Shown piece by piece: positions 1 to 12,061 of a stretch of 64,000 nt of DNA. Under the pieces are notes generated by a model, which was not told the origin of the DNA, did no database searches, and worked only from the letters and a program-made list of their open reading frames with translations. Each line of letters opens with the position of its first letter. Position 1 is the first letter of the stretch. A program made the position numbers and the translations under genes. The stretch is from Cetorhinus maximus (taxonomy: Eukaryota), in assembly GCF_964194155.1 (NCBI RefSeq), contig NC_135887.1, forward strand, positions 26,474,001 through 26,538,000. Direction: 5' to 3'.

Positions 1-1697
1 GGCAGGGCAAGGGAGTAGGGGTGGGCAGGGCAAGGGAGTAGGGGTGGGCAGGACAAGGGAGTAGGGGTGGGCAGGGCAAGGGAGTAGGGGTGGGCAGGGC
101 AAGGGAGTAGGGGTGGGCAGGGCAAGGGAGTAGGGGTGGGCAGGGCAAGGGAGTAGGGGTGGGCAGGGCAAGGGAGTAGGGGTGGGCAGGGCAAGGGAGT
201 AGGGGTGGGCAGGGCAAGGGAGTAGGGGTGGGCAGGGCAAGGGAGTAGGGGTGGGCAGGGCAAGGGAGTAGGGGTGGGCAGGGCAAGGGAGTAGGGGTGG
301 GCAGGGCAAGGGAGTAGGGGTGGGCAGGGCAAGGGAGTAGGGGTGGGCAGGGCAAGGGAGTAGGGGTGGGCAGGGCAAGGGAGTAGGGGTGGGCAGGGCA
401 AGGGAGTAGGGGTGGGCAGGGCAAGGGAGTAGGGGTGGGCAGGGCAAGGGAGTAGGGGTGGGCAGGGCAAGGGAGTAGGGGTGGGCAGGGCAAGGGAGTA
501 GGGGTGGGCAGGGCAAGGGAGTAGGGGTGGGCAGGGCAAGGGAGTAGGGGTGGGCAGGGCAAGGGAGTAGGGGTGGGCAGGGCAAGGGAGTAGGGGTGGG
601 CAGGGGGCAAGGGAGTAGGGGTGGGCAGGGGGCAAGGGAGTAGGGGTGGGCAGGGGGCAAGGGGTGTGGGGGGCAGGGGGCAAGGGGTGTGGGGGGCAGG
701 GGGTGTGGGGGGCAGGGGGTGTGGGGGGCAGGGGGTGTGGGGGGCAGGGGGTGTGGGGGGCAGGGGGTGTGGGGGGCAGGGGGTGTGGGGGGCAGGGGGT
801 GTGGGGGGCAGGGGGCAAGGGGTGTGGGGGGCAGGGGGCAAGGGGTGTGGGGGGCAGGGGGCAAGGGGTGTGGGGGGCAGGGGGCAAGGGGTGTGGGGGG
901 CAGGGAGCAAGGGGTGTGGGGGGCAGGGGGCAAGGGGTGTGGGGGGCAGGGGGCAAGGGGTGTGGGGGGCAGGGGGCAAGGGGTGTGGGGGGCAGGGGGC
1001 AAGGGGTGTGGGGGGCAGGGGGCAAGGGGTGTGGGGGGCAGGGGGCAAGGGGTGTGGGGGGCAGGGGGCAAGGGGTGTGGGGGGCAGGGGGCAAGGGGTG
1101 TGGGGGGCAGGGGGCAAGGGGTGTGGGGGGCAGGGGGCAAGGGGTGTGGGGGGCAGGGGGCAAGGGGTGTGGGGGGCAGGGGGCAAGGGGTGTGGGGGGC
1201 AGGGGGCAAGGGGTGTGGGGGGCAGGGGGCAAGGGGTGTGGGGGGCAGGGGGCAAGGGGTGTGGGGGGCAGGGGGCAAGGGGTGTGGGGGGCAGGGGGCA
1301 AGGGGTGTGGGGGGCAGGGGGCAAGGGGTGTGGGGGGCAGGGGGCAAGGGGTGTGGGGGGCAGGGGGTGTGGGGGGCAGGGGGCAAGGGGTGTGGGGGGC
1401 AGGGGGCAAGGGGTGTGGGGGGCAGGGGGGGTGTGGGGGGGGCAGGGGGCAAGGGGTGTGGGGGGGTGCAAGGGGTGTGGGGGGGTGCAAGGGGTGTGGG
1501 GGGGGTGCAAGGGGTGTGGGGGGGTGCAAGGGGTGTGGGGGACAAGGGGTGTTGGGGGCAGGGGGCAAGGGGCGTGGGGGGGCAGGGGGCAAGGGGTGTG
1601 GGGGGCAGGGGGTGTGGGGGGGCGGGGGGCAGGGGGTGTGGGGGGGCAGGGGGCAAGGGGTGTGGGGGGGCAAGGGGTGTGGGGGGGGGGGGGGGGA
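1..1697. repeat. G-rich 23-bp minisatellites in POLDIP2 intron 1 (GGCAGGGCAAGGGAGTAGGGGTG to about 650, then GGGGGCAAGGGGTGTGGGGGGCA)
   Basis: Tandem units read directly; the long ORFs here are repeat artefacts. Confidence 0.95.
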
Positions 1698-1699
1698 GA

Positions 1700-2260
1700 C
1701 GGGGGTGGGAGGCTCCGCGGTCCCCGCGCTCAGTCCCTCTCCCGTTTACCTGGATGAGAGGAGCCGGGTGTGTTGCTGCCGTTGACCGATACCACAGGCC
1801 GAGCAGGCGGCCAAAGTCCGGAGCCGGACTGCGGCGCTTGTAGCCAACGCCGAAAGGCAACGTCTCAGGCCGGGGGCCGCCATCGACGCTGAGCGGCCTG
1901 GGCTCGGGGGAGGGAAACGAGCCGCGAGCCGAGCCCGCCCTCCTGTGTCGTCACTCCCGCCTGGGCCTCGGCTGCTGCAGGCCCGCAGGCGCCGCGCTCG
2001 CTCGCGCTCTCTCTTTCTTTCTTTCTCTCTCCCCACCCGGCAGCTGGCGCCTCCCCCTCGCTTTCCTTCTCTCCCCGGCGGCCGACGCCTCTCCTTCTCG
2101 CGGCCTCTCCGCCGTTTCCCGTTCCCGGGACTCGGCCCCTAACAAAGATGGCGCGACGGGCTGGCGGGTTGCCATGGAGATGGGGCCTAGCGGGGCCTAG
2201 TGGAGCCTGAAGCCTGTGCCGAGGAGTCGGTGCAAGGTCAGAGCCGCAGTCCCGGCTAAA
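1700..2260. promoter_or_regulatory. CpG island / bidirectional POLDIP2-TMEM199 promoter
   Basis: CpG-dense. YY1 motif AAGATGGCG at 2145-2153, X-box-like GTTGCCATGGAGAT at 2168-2181, candidate 5'UTR donor CAAG|GTCAGA at 2236/2237. Confidence 0.75.
1750..1883 (-). CDS. POLDIP2: Polymerase delta-interacting protein 2, coding exon 1 (rest of gene lies left of the window)
   Basis: ATG at 1883 gives MAAPGLRRCLSALATSAAVRLRTLAACSACGIGQRQQHTRLLSS-R, an Arg/Ala-rich mitochondrial-presequence-like peptide ending LSSR like human POLDIP2 (RRHLSSR). Donor AG|GTAAAC at 1749. Head-to-head with TMEM199 as in human. Confidence 0.82.
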
Positions 2261-2683
2261 TCTTCATGTCGCAGGGAGACTTTTTCGATTCATTAGCTCA
2301 AAATATATTGTGAGATTTAATATTTAATATCCAATACCCAGAGAACGTAACCAGCAAGCGTGAATCTGAGTGTGTATAATAATCATTTACATTCTCCTTA
2401 ACAAGTTTACAACTTTCACTGACCTTTATAAATATTTGTACTAAAGGATTTTCCTTATTCCCCCCCATAAAACTCTAATAAATTAAATTAACTATTTATT
2501 TCGAGTGGTCTGTGTGGCCGGACTGCAGTGAAATATTTCTAGGATGTTGCATTTAAAATACTGGGGAATAGTGAAGTTGCTTTTCAAATAATTGCTCTGC
2601 TTCTTATTAATTTACTTCTTATTAATGTGCGTGTGTGTGGATTTGCTGCCCCCCTGATTGGATTGTTCAGAGTGGGAATCAGG

Positions 2684-2861
2684 ATGGCATGTGCTCTGAG
2701 AGTCAGAGATTGCTTCCAGCAGCAACTCGACCTTATCCTGAAAGGGGATCATTCTATCCCTGAGGATCTGCAATCTGAGCTCAAGTCTTGTGTCAACAGT
2801 ACCCCCTACACGGTTCCCTTTGACCTACTGAGAAAACTTCACAAATTCTTACAAGAGAAAG
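2684..2861 (+). CDS. TMEM199: TMEM199 coding exon 1
   Basis: MACALRV...[11 protein letters not shown]; donor G|GTGAGT. Confidence 0.9.
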
Positions 2862-5800
2862 GTGAGTGGTCAAGTTCTGAGATAGTTGCCTCTGGCTCGA
2901 CCAGCCTGGACATACTGACTGTTGTTTACTCGTTCCTAACTGGTATTGCCACCTGCCCAAATTTGGACTAGACGCTGCTGACATCTTAAAGATTTAAACA
3001 GGACACCAAAAGTCCTTTTATTGAACTGGCTCCTGCCCAGTTCTGATGAAGGGTCATCAACCTGAACTGCTAACTCTGTTTATCTATGGATGCTGCCAGA
3101 TCTGTTGAGTATTTCCAACATTTTCTGTTGCTGTTTACAATAAAATCTTGTTTTTCATAACTATTTCATTTATTATTCCTATTGATGTTGGGGACATTTC
3201 CTGCATTTTCTGTTTCTATGACTTTCAGCACCTTTTTTGTCTCTGGCCCACCATTGCTTCTAGATCCAACATCACAAAATCAGTTATCTGATCATTCATT
3301 GCATGAGCTGATTGTAGAACCTTTCATGTGTGCAAATTGGCTGCTGTGTTGGCATATATAATATGGACAACATTCAGGTTTTGGCTGATAAGTAGCAAGT
3401 AACATTCATGCCACACAAGTGCCAAGCAATGACCATCTCCAACAAAAGAGAATAACCATTTCCCCTTGACATTCAATGACACTATCGCTGAATCCCTCCC
3501 TATCAGCATCCTGGGAGTTACCATCAGGAGCATAGGAGCAGGAGTAGGCCATTCTGCCCCATGAGTCTGCTCTGCCATTCAGCAAGATCATGGCTGATCA
3601 TCTACCTCAATAACATTTTCTTGCGCCATCCCCATATTCCTTGATGTCATTGTTATCTAGAAATCTATCGATTTCTGTCTTGAACATGTCAATGATTGTG
3701 CTGCCAACAGCCCTCTGGGGTAGAGAATTCCAAAGATTCACACCCTCTGAGTGAAGAAATTCCTCCTCATCTCAGTCCTAAATGGCCTCTCCCTTATTCT
3801 AAAACTGTGTCCCCTGGTTCTAGTCTACCCAGCCAGGGGTAACATCCTTTCTGCATCTACACTGTCACGCCCGATAAGAATTCTGTAAGTTTCAATGAGA
3901 TCACCTCTCATTCGTCTAAACTCTAGAGAATACAGGCCCAATCTCCTCAATCTCTGTAGGACTCATAGGACTGTACTGCCATCCCAGGGATTAGTCTGGG
4001 TGAACCTCCGCTGCACTCCCTCTATGGCAATAATATCTTTCCTTAGGTAAGGGGACCAAAACTACACAATACTCCAGATGCAGTCTAACCAAAGTTCTAT
4101 ACAACTGAGGCAAGACAGCTTTACTCCTGTACTCAAATCCTCTTGCGATAAAGACCAACATACCATTTGCCTTCCTAATTGCTTGCTGCACCTGCATGTT
4201 GGCTTTCAGTGAGTTATGAACAAGGACACCCAGGTCCCTTTACACATCGACACTTCCCAATTTCTTACCATTTAAGAAATACCCTGCACTTCCATTTCTC
4301 CTACCAAAATGGATAACCTCATGCTTATCCACATTATATTCCATCTGCATGTTATTTCCCACTCACTCAACCTGTCCAAATCCCCTTGAATCATCTTTGC
4401 ATTATCCTCACAACTCACATTCCCACCTAGTTTTGTGTCATCCGCAAACTTGGAAATATTACATTTGGTTCCCACATCCAAATCATTGATATATATTGTG
4501 AACAGCTGGGGCCCAAGTACTGATCCTTGCGGTCCCCCACTAGTAACAGCCTGCCAACCCAAGAATGACTCATTTATCCCTAATCTCTGATTTTGCTTTC
4601 CTAAATCCATGTTGACTCTGCCCAATCATACTATTTTCTAAGTGTCCAGTTATCATATCTTTTATAATAGATTCTAGTATTTTCCCTACTACTGACGTCA
4701 GGTGAACTGGCCTGTAGTTCCCTGCTTTCTCTCTCCTTTCTTAAATAGTGGGGCTACATTTGCTACCTCCCAATCTGCAGGCACTGTCCTAGAATCTATT
4801 GAATGTTGAAAGATGACCAGTTTTTAAAGATTGCCCAGAAACTGAACTGGACCAGCCATATAAATACTGTGGCTACAAGAGCAGGTCAGAGGCTAAGAAT
4901 ATTAAGGTGATTAACTCATCTCTTGACTCCCCAAAGCCTGTCCACCATCTACAGGTGCGAGTCAGGAGTGTGATGGAATACTCTCCACTTGCCTGGATGA
5001 GTGCAGCTCCAACAACACTCAAGAAGCTCGACACCACCCAGAACAAAGCACCCTGCTGGATCAGCACCCCATCCACCACCTTAAACATTCACTCCCTCCA
5101 CCGCCAACGCACAATACCAGCAGTGTGCACCATCTACAAGATGCACTGCAGCAACTCACTGAGACTCAAACCTGCGACCTCTACAACCACCAGGACAAGG
5201 GCAGCAGACACATGTGAACATCACCACCTGGAAGTTCCCCTCCAAGCCACTCACCATCCTAACTTGGAAATATATCACCGTTCCTTCACTGTCGCTGGGT
5301 CAAAATCCTGCCCCCCACCCCACAACAGCATGTGGGTGTACTTACACCATATGGACTGCAGCAGTTCATGAAGGCAGCTCACCACCACCTTCTCAGGGGC
5401 AATTAGGGATGAGCAATAAATGCTGGCCCAGCCAGCGAAGCCCACATTCTGTGAAAGAATAAATAAAATTATATTATATATATATATATATATATATATG
5501 TGTTTGCTTCAAATGGTGTTTTGTTTGCAGGCTTCCCCATCTATCTACATGAACTCCTGGAAGGAGCAGAAATATTTACACCAGAAGTGAAACTGCCGGA
5601 GAGAGTGAGTACACTGGGTTAAATAACAAATGGGATGGTCTCCTGCACAGCCCTCAGGGAGGGGGAATGCCTCCCGTAAACTAAAACAATTACAAACATT
5701 GACTTGTAACAGATGTGTAACAGAAATTGCCACTCTGTTATCTAGGAGAATGTGACATTGATTTATTTGTATAAATTTGAACAATTTTAAGCCATACACT

Positions 5801-8800
5801 GTTTCTTCGATGAACATTATTATAAGCAATTGCTGTTTTGATAAATGTCTGAAACTCCAGGTCTCTTTCCTACACTATCTTCCTTCTGTTTGTCTTGAAA
5901 TTATAACACTTGCCCAGAAGTGGAATTCCTCATTCGCTGTCCTTTAAAACTCGAGCTTGGTGTTGTGCATTCAACTTACTTCATCCTCATTCTACTGTGT
6001 TTCACTTGACTCTGGCCCTTAGCTGTTCCTCTGGTTTTCTCAATCTTTTAAAAACATTGAACCCTTAAAGCCTCGATATAAATAGCTGTGTGAGTAATAT
6101 GTGTTCTGAGTGGAGGTTGGAGCATAATTTATTTTTAATATGGAGCTGAAGTGGTCAATGATTGGGGTTTAATGCAAGGCTGTCACTGGTGGCAGTTAAA
6201 TTGTGAGCGTTTAAAATTGTGTCTACCAATCACTGATCAATTCCTAGCCACTACAGGAGTGCAGCAAGGGTGCTTTCAAGAGGTTAAAAATAGCTTTTTT
6301 TAATTCGTGGGCTTCGCTGGTTGGGCCAGCATTTGTTGCCCATCCCTGGTTGCCCTTGAGAAGGTGGTGATGAGCTGCCTTCTTGAACCGCTGCAGGAGG
6401 TGTCAGCTGTGGCTCAGTTCATAGCTCCCTCGCCTTTGAATCAGAGGGTTGTGGGTTCATGTCCCACTCCCGGAAAACCAAGAACTGTGATTGTACTCGA
6501 AAGAGTTGTGACTGTTGATAACTCGAAAGAGTTTGAACCGCTGCAGTCCATGTGGTGTAGGTACACCCACAGTGCTGTTAGGAAGGGAGTTCCAGGATTT
6601 TGACCCAGCGACAGTGAAGGAACGGCGATATATTTCCAAGTCAGGATGGTGAGTGACTTGGACGGGAACTTCAAGGTGGTGGTGTTCCCATCTATCTGCT
6701 GCCCTTGTCCTTCTAGATGGTAGTGGTCGTGGATTTGGAAGGTGCTGCCTCAGGAGCCTTGGTGAATTCCTGCAGTGCACTTTGATACCCAACTCCCAGC
6801 ACCTCACTGCCTTATCAATGAGAAAGGCCTCAGATTCTCTGCCCAGCCTTTGCTAAATTAACCGATCTCAGCTTCAACATTCCTGTGCAAAACTCCAGTG
6901 CTCCGACTGCTGATCATTACCCACTGATTCATACTGCTAAGTGCATGTATATGGATGCTGAGGACAAGAGCATGCTCGCTTGTGTTTCCACCTCATGCAG
7001 GTGAATACCCTGCTGACTCTATCTACTAGCAAATAGAGAAGTCTTACTTGGAGTTGGAAGATTCGGGGCTGGGGGGGTGGGAAAAATTGGCGAGGGGTCT
7101 TGTTAGATGTTGTCAGTTCTGAAATGCTAAAAGCTCCTTTTCTCACATCACATGGCTGTCTCTTCCAGAACCCAGAGCTGGTGGCCAGATTAGAGAAGAT
7201 CAAAGCGAACCTTGCAAACCAAGAGTACAGACGGATTACCAAAAATGTCAACTGCCAGGTGTTGTAATTTACCTCTGCTCTTCTAATTCCGCTTTTCTCG
7301 TGTTCGTCTGGTCTGGTCTAGACTGCAGCAAATGGAGTCTCCTACCTGGGACTGAAATTACATCCTTATAACCTTCCTTCATTTCTGCTTATATAGCAGG
7401 TAAACCGGTACGGCACTCTGGGAGATTTGGGAAGACAAGGTGAGTTGCTGGCATGTTTATTCTAGATTGGTCTCCGTTTCTCCAAATGGACATTAAAGAC
7501 TGTGTTGGTCAATCTCACACCAAGTTCCAGTGTCTACAGATTCATGACCCTAATTCATGAATCTCTAATTCAGCACTAAAATGGCAGCTACACTCTTGAG
7601 AGTTCACAGTGCAGAACAGATAAAGGTCACACTGGGACAATAATGGGAACTCAGCTTGTGTAAAGGGAGCTTTACTTCCAACCTATTCTATGCCTCACCC
7701 TGGAGCAATGGCTAGTCAGAATGGAGGGCATTTCACTCTGCATCTTGCCCGTACTGTACCTGATCACTCAGTGTTTGCTCACATTGTGCTTGAAATTGAA
7801 GTTTTCTGTCTCCTTGACATGAGCGTCCTTCTATTTTGATGAACACACAATTTAAACAAAATAAGATAATGGACCCATCCCTCCTCTGGTTCTCTCTTGG
7901 TTCAGGGTGGAGTGGGACAGTTGCTGTTCAGGTGTTGGATATGCTTCAGCAGGTAAAAGGGAAGGCAAATGTTGGCCTTTATTTCAAAGGGAATGGAGTA
8001 TAAAAATAGGGAAGCCTTGCTAAAACTATACAAGGCACTAGTTAGACCACACCTAGAATACTGTGAACAGTTTTGGTCCCCTTATCTAAGGAAAGATATA
8101 TTGCCATTGGAGGCAGTCCAGAGAAGGTTCACTAGGTTGATCCCGGGGATGGAGGGATTTTCTTATGAGGATAGGTTGAGTACGTTGGCCCTGTATTCAC
8201 TGGAGTTTAGGAAAATGAGAGGCAACCATATTGAAACATATAAGATTCTTAGGGGGCTTGACAGGGTAGATGCTGAGAGGTTGTTTCCCCTTGTGGGAGA
8301 GTCTAGGACCAGAGGGCATAATCATAGAGTACGGGGTCACCCATTTAAGATCAAGGTGAGGAGGAATTCTTTTTCTGAGCATAGTGAATCTGCGGACTTC
8401 TTTACCGCAGAGGGCTATAGAGGCTGGGTCGTTAAGTATATTCAAGGCTGAGATAGACAGATTTTTAATCAGTAAGGGAATCAAGGGTTATGGGGAAAAG
8501 GCAGGAAAGTGGAATTGAGGATTATCAGATCAGCCATGATCTCATCGAATGGTGGAGCAGACTCAATGGGCTGAATGGCCTACTTCTGCTCCTACGTCTT
8601 ATAACCTCCCTTCACCATAGCTGTCCTGGGTAAAGGTGAGGATCGAATTCAAACGGCAGCATGTTTTTGAACTCGACCTCAAGTGCATCTGGTTAGAAAG
8701 CGGCAGCTCAATCCCTGTAGCCTGTGATGACATGGGAATGTTTGATTAGGTATGCTTCTGTTTAATAAACTGTGTGTTTGCGATACCTTAAAACCCTCTG

Positions 8801-11656
8801 CTTCTAGCCGCTGATGCCTTTATTGTGAAGAGGGTGTTGGTGGCATTGAACTTTGCTCTAATGACACTGCCATCACCCCAGCACCACGGGGGTGGACCTG
8901 TGCTGGCCATGTGACCTGTGCTGGCCATGTGACCTGTGCTGGCCATGTGACCTGTGCTGGCCATGGCTTCTTCAAGCTGTGCTGAGCTCTCCTAAACTCT
9001 GCTGTTTTTGACACAGTGCGATCGGTGAAGGCAGTGGTGGTGACCATCTTTAACTTCCTGGTGACAGTGGGGGCTGCGTTCGCCTGCACATACCTCGGCA
9101 GTCAGTACCTCTTCACGGACATAGCAGCGGTGAGTGCCACAGGATCTGGTGTACCCCAAACAACAGAGGGAGAAAGAGAAATACCATTGATCAAAGTGTA
9201 ATAGGGATGAGCTCTGGGAGAATGTTCAAGGGGAACATAATCAAATTCAGGAGTATGAAGAAAGTAATGTTATAGATAAACACAAACTGTTTCCTCATGC
9301 AACTGGGTCAGTAACTAGAAGTCATGAATTTAAAATAATTGACAGAAGAAGAGGGGAAATGAGAATTGTTTTCACACAGAGGATTGTCCTGATCTGGAAC
9401 ACCACACGACCTGAAGAGGTGGTGGAACCAGATTCCACAGGAATTTTCGAAAGGCAATTGGACATGTACTTGAACTAATTTACAGAGCGGTGTGGAGAAA
9501 GCTGGGTTGTGGGACGAAATTGGATAATTCTTTCAAAAAGCTGGTACAGGCACAACTGGCCAAATGTACTGTGATGTGCAAATCTATGAAAGTATGAATA
9601 TTCCCGAGTTTGCAGATGACAAAAACCAGGTGGAAGTGTGAGCTGTGAGGAGGAGGCAAAGACACTTCAAGGGGATTTGGAGAGGCTGAACGAGTGGGCA
9701 AAAATTCGGCAGATGGGATACAATGTGGAGAAATGTGAGGCTATCCACTTTGGTGGGAAAAACAGAAATACAGAGCATTTCTTAAATGGTGAGAGGCTGG
9801 GAAGTATTGAACTTCAAAGGGACTTGGGTGTCTTTGTTCATGAGTCACTGAAAGCTAACATGCAGGTACAGAAAGCAATTAAGAAGACAAATGGTATGTT
9901 GGCCTTTATTGCAAGAGGATTTGAGTGTAGGAGTAAAGATGTCTTACTGCAATTATATAGAGTCTTGGTGAGACCACACCTGGAGTATTGTGTGCAGTTT
10001 TGGTCTCCTTCCCTGAGGAAAGATATACTTGCTATAAAGGGAGTGCAACAAAGGTTCACTAAATTAATTGCTGGGATGGAGGGATTGTCCTATGAGGAAA
10101 GATTAAACAGACTGGGCATTTATTCTCTGGAATTTAGAAGGATGAATGTGTATTTAAGACCGAGATAGATAGGTTCTTGATTGGTAAGGGGATCAAAGGT
10201 TACGGGGAGAAGGCGGGAGAATGGGGTTGAGAAACTTATCAGAATGATTGAATGGCGGAGCAGACTCGATGGGCCGAATGGCCTAATTTCTGCTCCTATG
10301 TCTTATGGTCTAATGAGAGGTGAACTCATTCAAACATACACAATTCTTACAGAGCACGACAGGGTAGATGCAGGAAGGATGTTTCCCCTGGCTGGGGGTG
10401 GTTTAGAACCAGGACACACAGCTTCAGAATAAGGGACAAGGCCATTTAGGTCTGAGATGAGGAGGAATGTATTCACCCAGAGGGTGGTGAATCTTTCAAA
10501 TTCTCTGTCCCAGAAGGCTGTGGAGTGTCATTCATTGAATATGTTCAAGACTGAGATCGATAAATTTCTACATATTAAAAGCATTAAGGGATACGGGGAT
10601 AGTGCAGGAAAATGGTGGGAAGTAGAAGATCAGCCACAATCGCTTTGAATGGCGGAGCGGGTTTGAAGAGCTGAATGGCCTACTCCTCCTATTTCTTATG
10701 TTCACAGAGTAAGACACAGCTTTGGAGAGCACTTATAATAAGTTCTATGATGGGAGGGTTAATGCACCAGAGGGATAGGCCTCATGGGTCAGTTAATGTA
10801 GCAAGTGCACTGGACATAGAAAAGGCTACGGGCAAGAGATGGGTTTCAGTGGGGAAATGGCCCTTTTCTTGTCCATGAACTTTAATGAATGGACAAACTC
10901 TGGTTGTTAATATTTGAAAGTGAATGAATTGTAGGATCATTGCTTCTGTGAAATGAGACCCTGCACGAGCCCCCAATGTGAGTGAGACACAAACGGAAAA
11001 AGCACACCTGGTGTGGGATTGAAACATGTCTGGCTGGTGTGTATCAGGTTCCGTTTCTGCTGTTGGCTGAGCAACAGCCTCCCAATTACTCTGTCTGTTC
11101 CTGATTACAATCCAGGTGATCTCTGTGGGAATGTTCCTGTTTCTGGATTTCACCTGTCAATTTGCGTAAGATACCTAAGGATTTCTTTTTAAATGCACTT
11201 GTGATTTTGTGAACAGTACCAAGCAGTGCCGATCTTCATTGCAACTGGTAAATTAAGGCTTTTTACCTGAGTACAGAATTAGGCTGTAACACTCTCCATG
11301 GCTCAATAATGTGCTGACAGTCTCCAAGACTCAGTCTTGGCCATGTTATGTTGCACTTGTGTTATTTGTTGATAACTGTACATTGAATGTGATTTATTCC
11401 CTGTGGGCCTGTGGAAAAAACTGTAGGAGTCTGAAACATGCAGTAAGTGAAGGTGTCATTGGTGACTGGTACTGTTGTTGAGACCTGTAAGACCCAGGGA
11501 ATGGCACTGACCTGTTCTCGATTTGCTGTGTAATATATATTCTCTCTCTCTCTCTCTCAGCGAGTCCTTTCTGCATTGATTGTGTCCTCTGTGGTCGGTT
11601 TGGCAGAGCTCTATGTGCTTGTGCGGACGATGGAAGGAGAACTAGGAGAGATGTAA
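2684..11656 (+). CDS. TMEM199: Transmembrane protein 199 (Vma12-like V-ATPase assembly factor), 197 aa; join(2684-2861,5531-5604,7169-7258,7397-7439,9017-9129,11561-11656)
   Basis: Spliced product contains [45 protein letters not shown] and [21 protein letters not shown], matching TMEM199. All introns GT-AG, phases consistent. Confidence 0.97.
3038..3140 (+). mobile_element. Degenerate short repeat, same family as 50196-50329 (Penelope-like terminal fragment)
   Basis: CAGTTCTGATGAAGGGTCA...TAACTCTGTTT...GATGCTGCCAGA...GAGTATTTCCA aligns by eye with 50196-50290. Confidence 0.6.
3375..5467 (+). mobile_element. LINE 3' fragment (RT C-terminus [12 protein letters not shown]..., 3' tail), interrupted by an antisense CR1 at about 3526-4830
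   Basis: 3375-3525 and 4831-5467 are contiguous in the uninterrupted copy at 43263-44032. Confidence 0.85.
3526..4830 (-). mobile_element. CR1 LINE fragment (RT domain and 3' end)
   Basis: ORF fragments [23 protein letters not shown] and [13 protein letters not shown]. Confidence 0.9.
5531..5604 (+). CDS. TMEM199: TMEM199 coding exon 2
   Basis: TTTGCAG| [24 protein letters not shown] |GTGAGT. Confidence 0.95.
6300..6782 (-). mobile_element. LINE 3' fragment (same family as 4831-5467), carrying an insertion at 6397-6532
   Basis: Reverse complement of the 5200-5460 and 43730-44030 sequence. Confidence 0.85.
6397..6532 (+). mobile_element. tRNA-headed mini-SINE with 14-bp target-site duplication
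   Basis: A-box-like TGGCTCAGT and B-box-like GGTTCATGTCC; flanked by TTGAACCGCTGCAG at 6383-6396 and 6533-6546. Confidence 0.75.
7169..7258 (+). CDS. TMEM199: TMEM199 coding exon 3
   Basis: [30 protein letters not shown]; AG/GT flanks. Confidence 0.95.
7397..7439 (+). CDS. TMEM199: TMEM199 coding exon 4
   Basis: [14 protein letters not shown]; TAGCAG tandem acceptor, donor G|GTGAGT. Confidence 0.9.
7960..8602 (+). mobile_element. CR1 LINE 3' fragment
   Basis: [13 protein letters not shown]...SRTRGH ORF and CR1-type 3' tail GGCCTACTTCTGCTCC. Confidence 0.9.
8895..8965. repeat. 18-bp tandem repeat x4 (GACCTGTGCTGGCCATGT)
   Basis: Read directly. Confidence 0.9.
9017..9129 (+). CDS. TMEM199: TMEM199 coding exon 5 (TM1)
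   Basis: [38 protein letters not shown] |GTGAGT. Confidence 0.95.
9200..10702 (+). mobile_element. Stacked CR1 fragments, including a nested CR1 3' end at about 10142-10310
   Basis: RT-tail ORF 9638-10168 ([22 protein letters not shown]) and several CR1 3' tails. Confidence 0.88.
11561..11656 (+). CDS. TMEM199: TMEM199 last coding exon (TM2)
   Basis: (TC)n-AG acceptor; [31 protein letters not shown]. Confidence 0.95.
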   Translation, partial: RVLSALIVSSVVGLAELYVLVRTMEGELGEM

Positions 11657-12061
11657 CACGCTGCTGAATACACTTGAAACCAACTCCCGTTTCACAGGAT
11701 GAGATTTGTGTTCCATTCGCACAGTTTAACTAGAATCTGCTCTATAAGCTGGTTCAGGTGTCACTGCACATTTTGGGGATGCTTGAAGTTTCTCATTCGA
11801 TAAATTGTGACTTTGCCAGGTACCTGTTGTCCTGTTGTTTCCATATTTTTAAGTTTGTCCTGGTACTGGGAGCAGTGGTGCCCCTATTCCTCTCCATTTG
11901 TTGCTTTGAGGGCTTTAAGGAGTCAGCTAGATATAGTTATATAGCACGTCCTTCCCCTCCTCGCTGCAGCCTCCAGTATGAGATGAACTTCATGTGGTCA
12001 GTGTTAGACCCGTTGTTCCTAGCTGGAGCTCTCTGGTTTGAAACTGAACAGTTTAGCTATT

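Noticed and set aside
621-1843. Three Gly-rich ORFs of about 380 aa
   Set aside because: Stop-free translation of a G-rich minisatellite in all three frames.
6397-6472. tRNA gene
   Set aside because: Imperfect stems and boxes, TSD-flanked; better explained as a SINE head.
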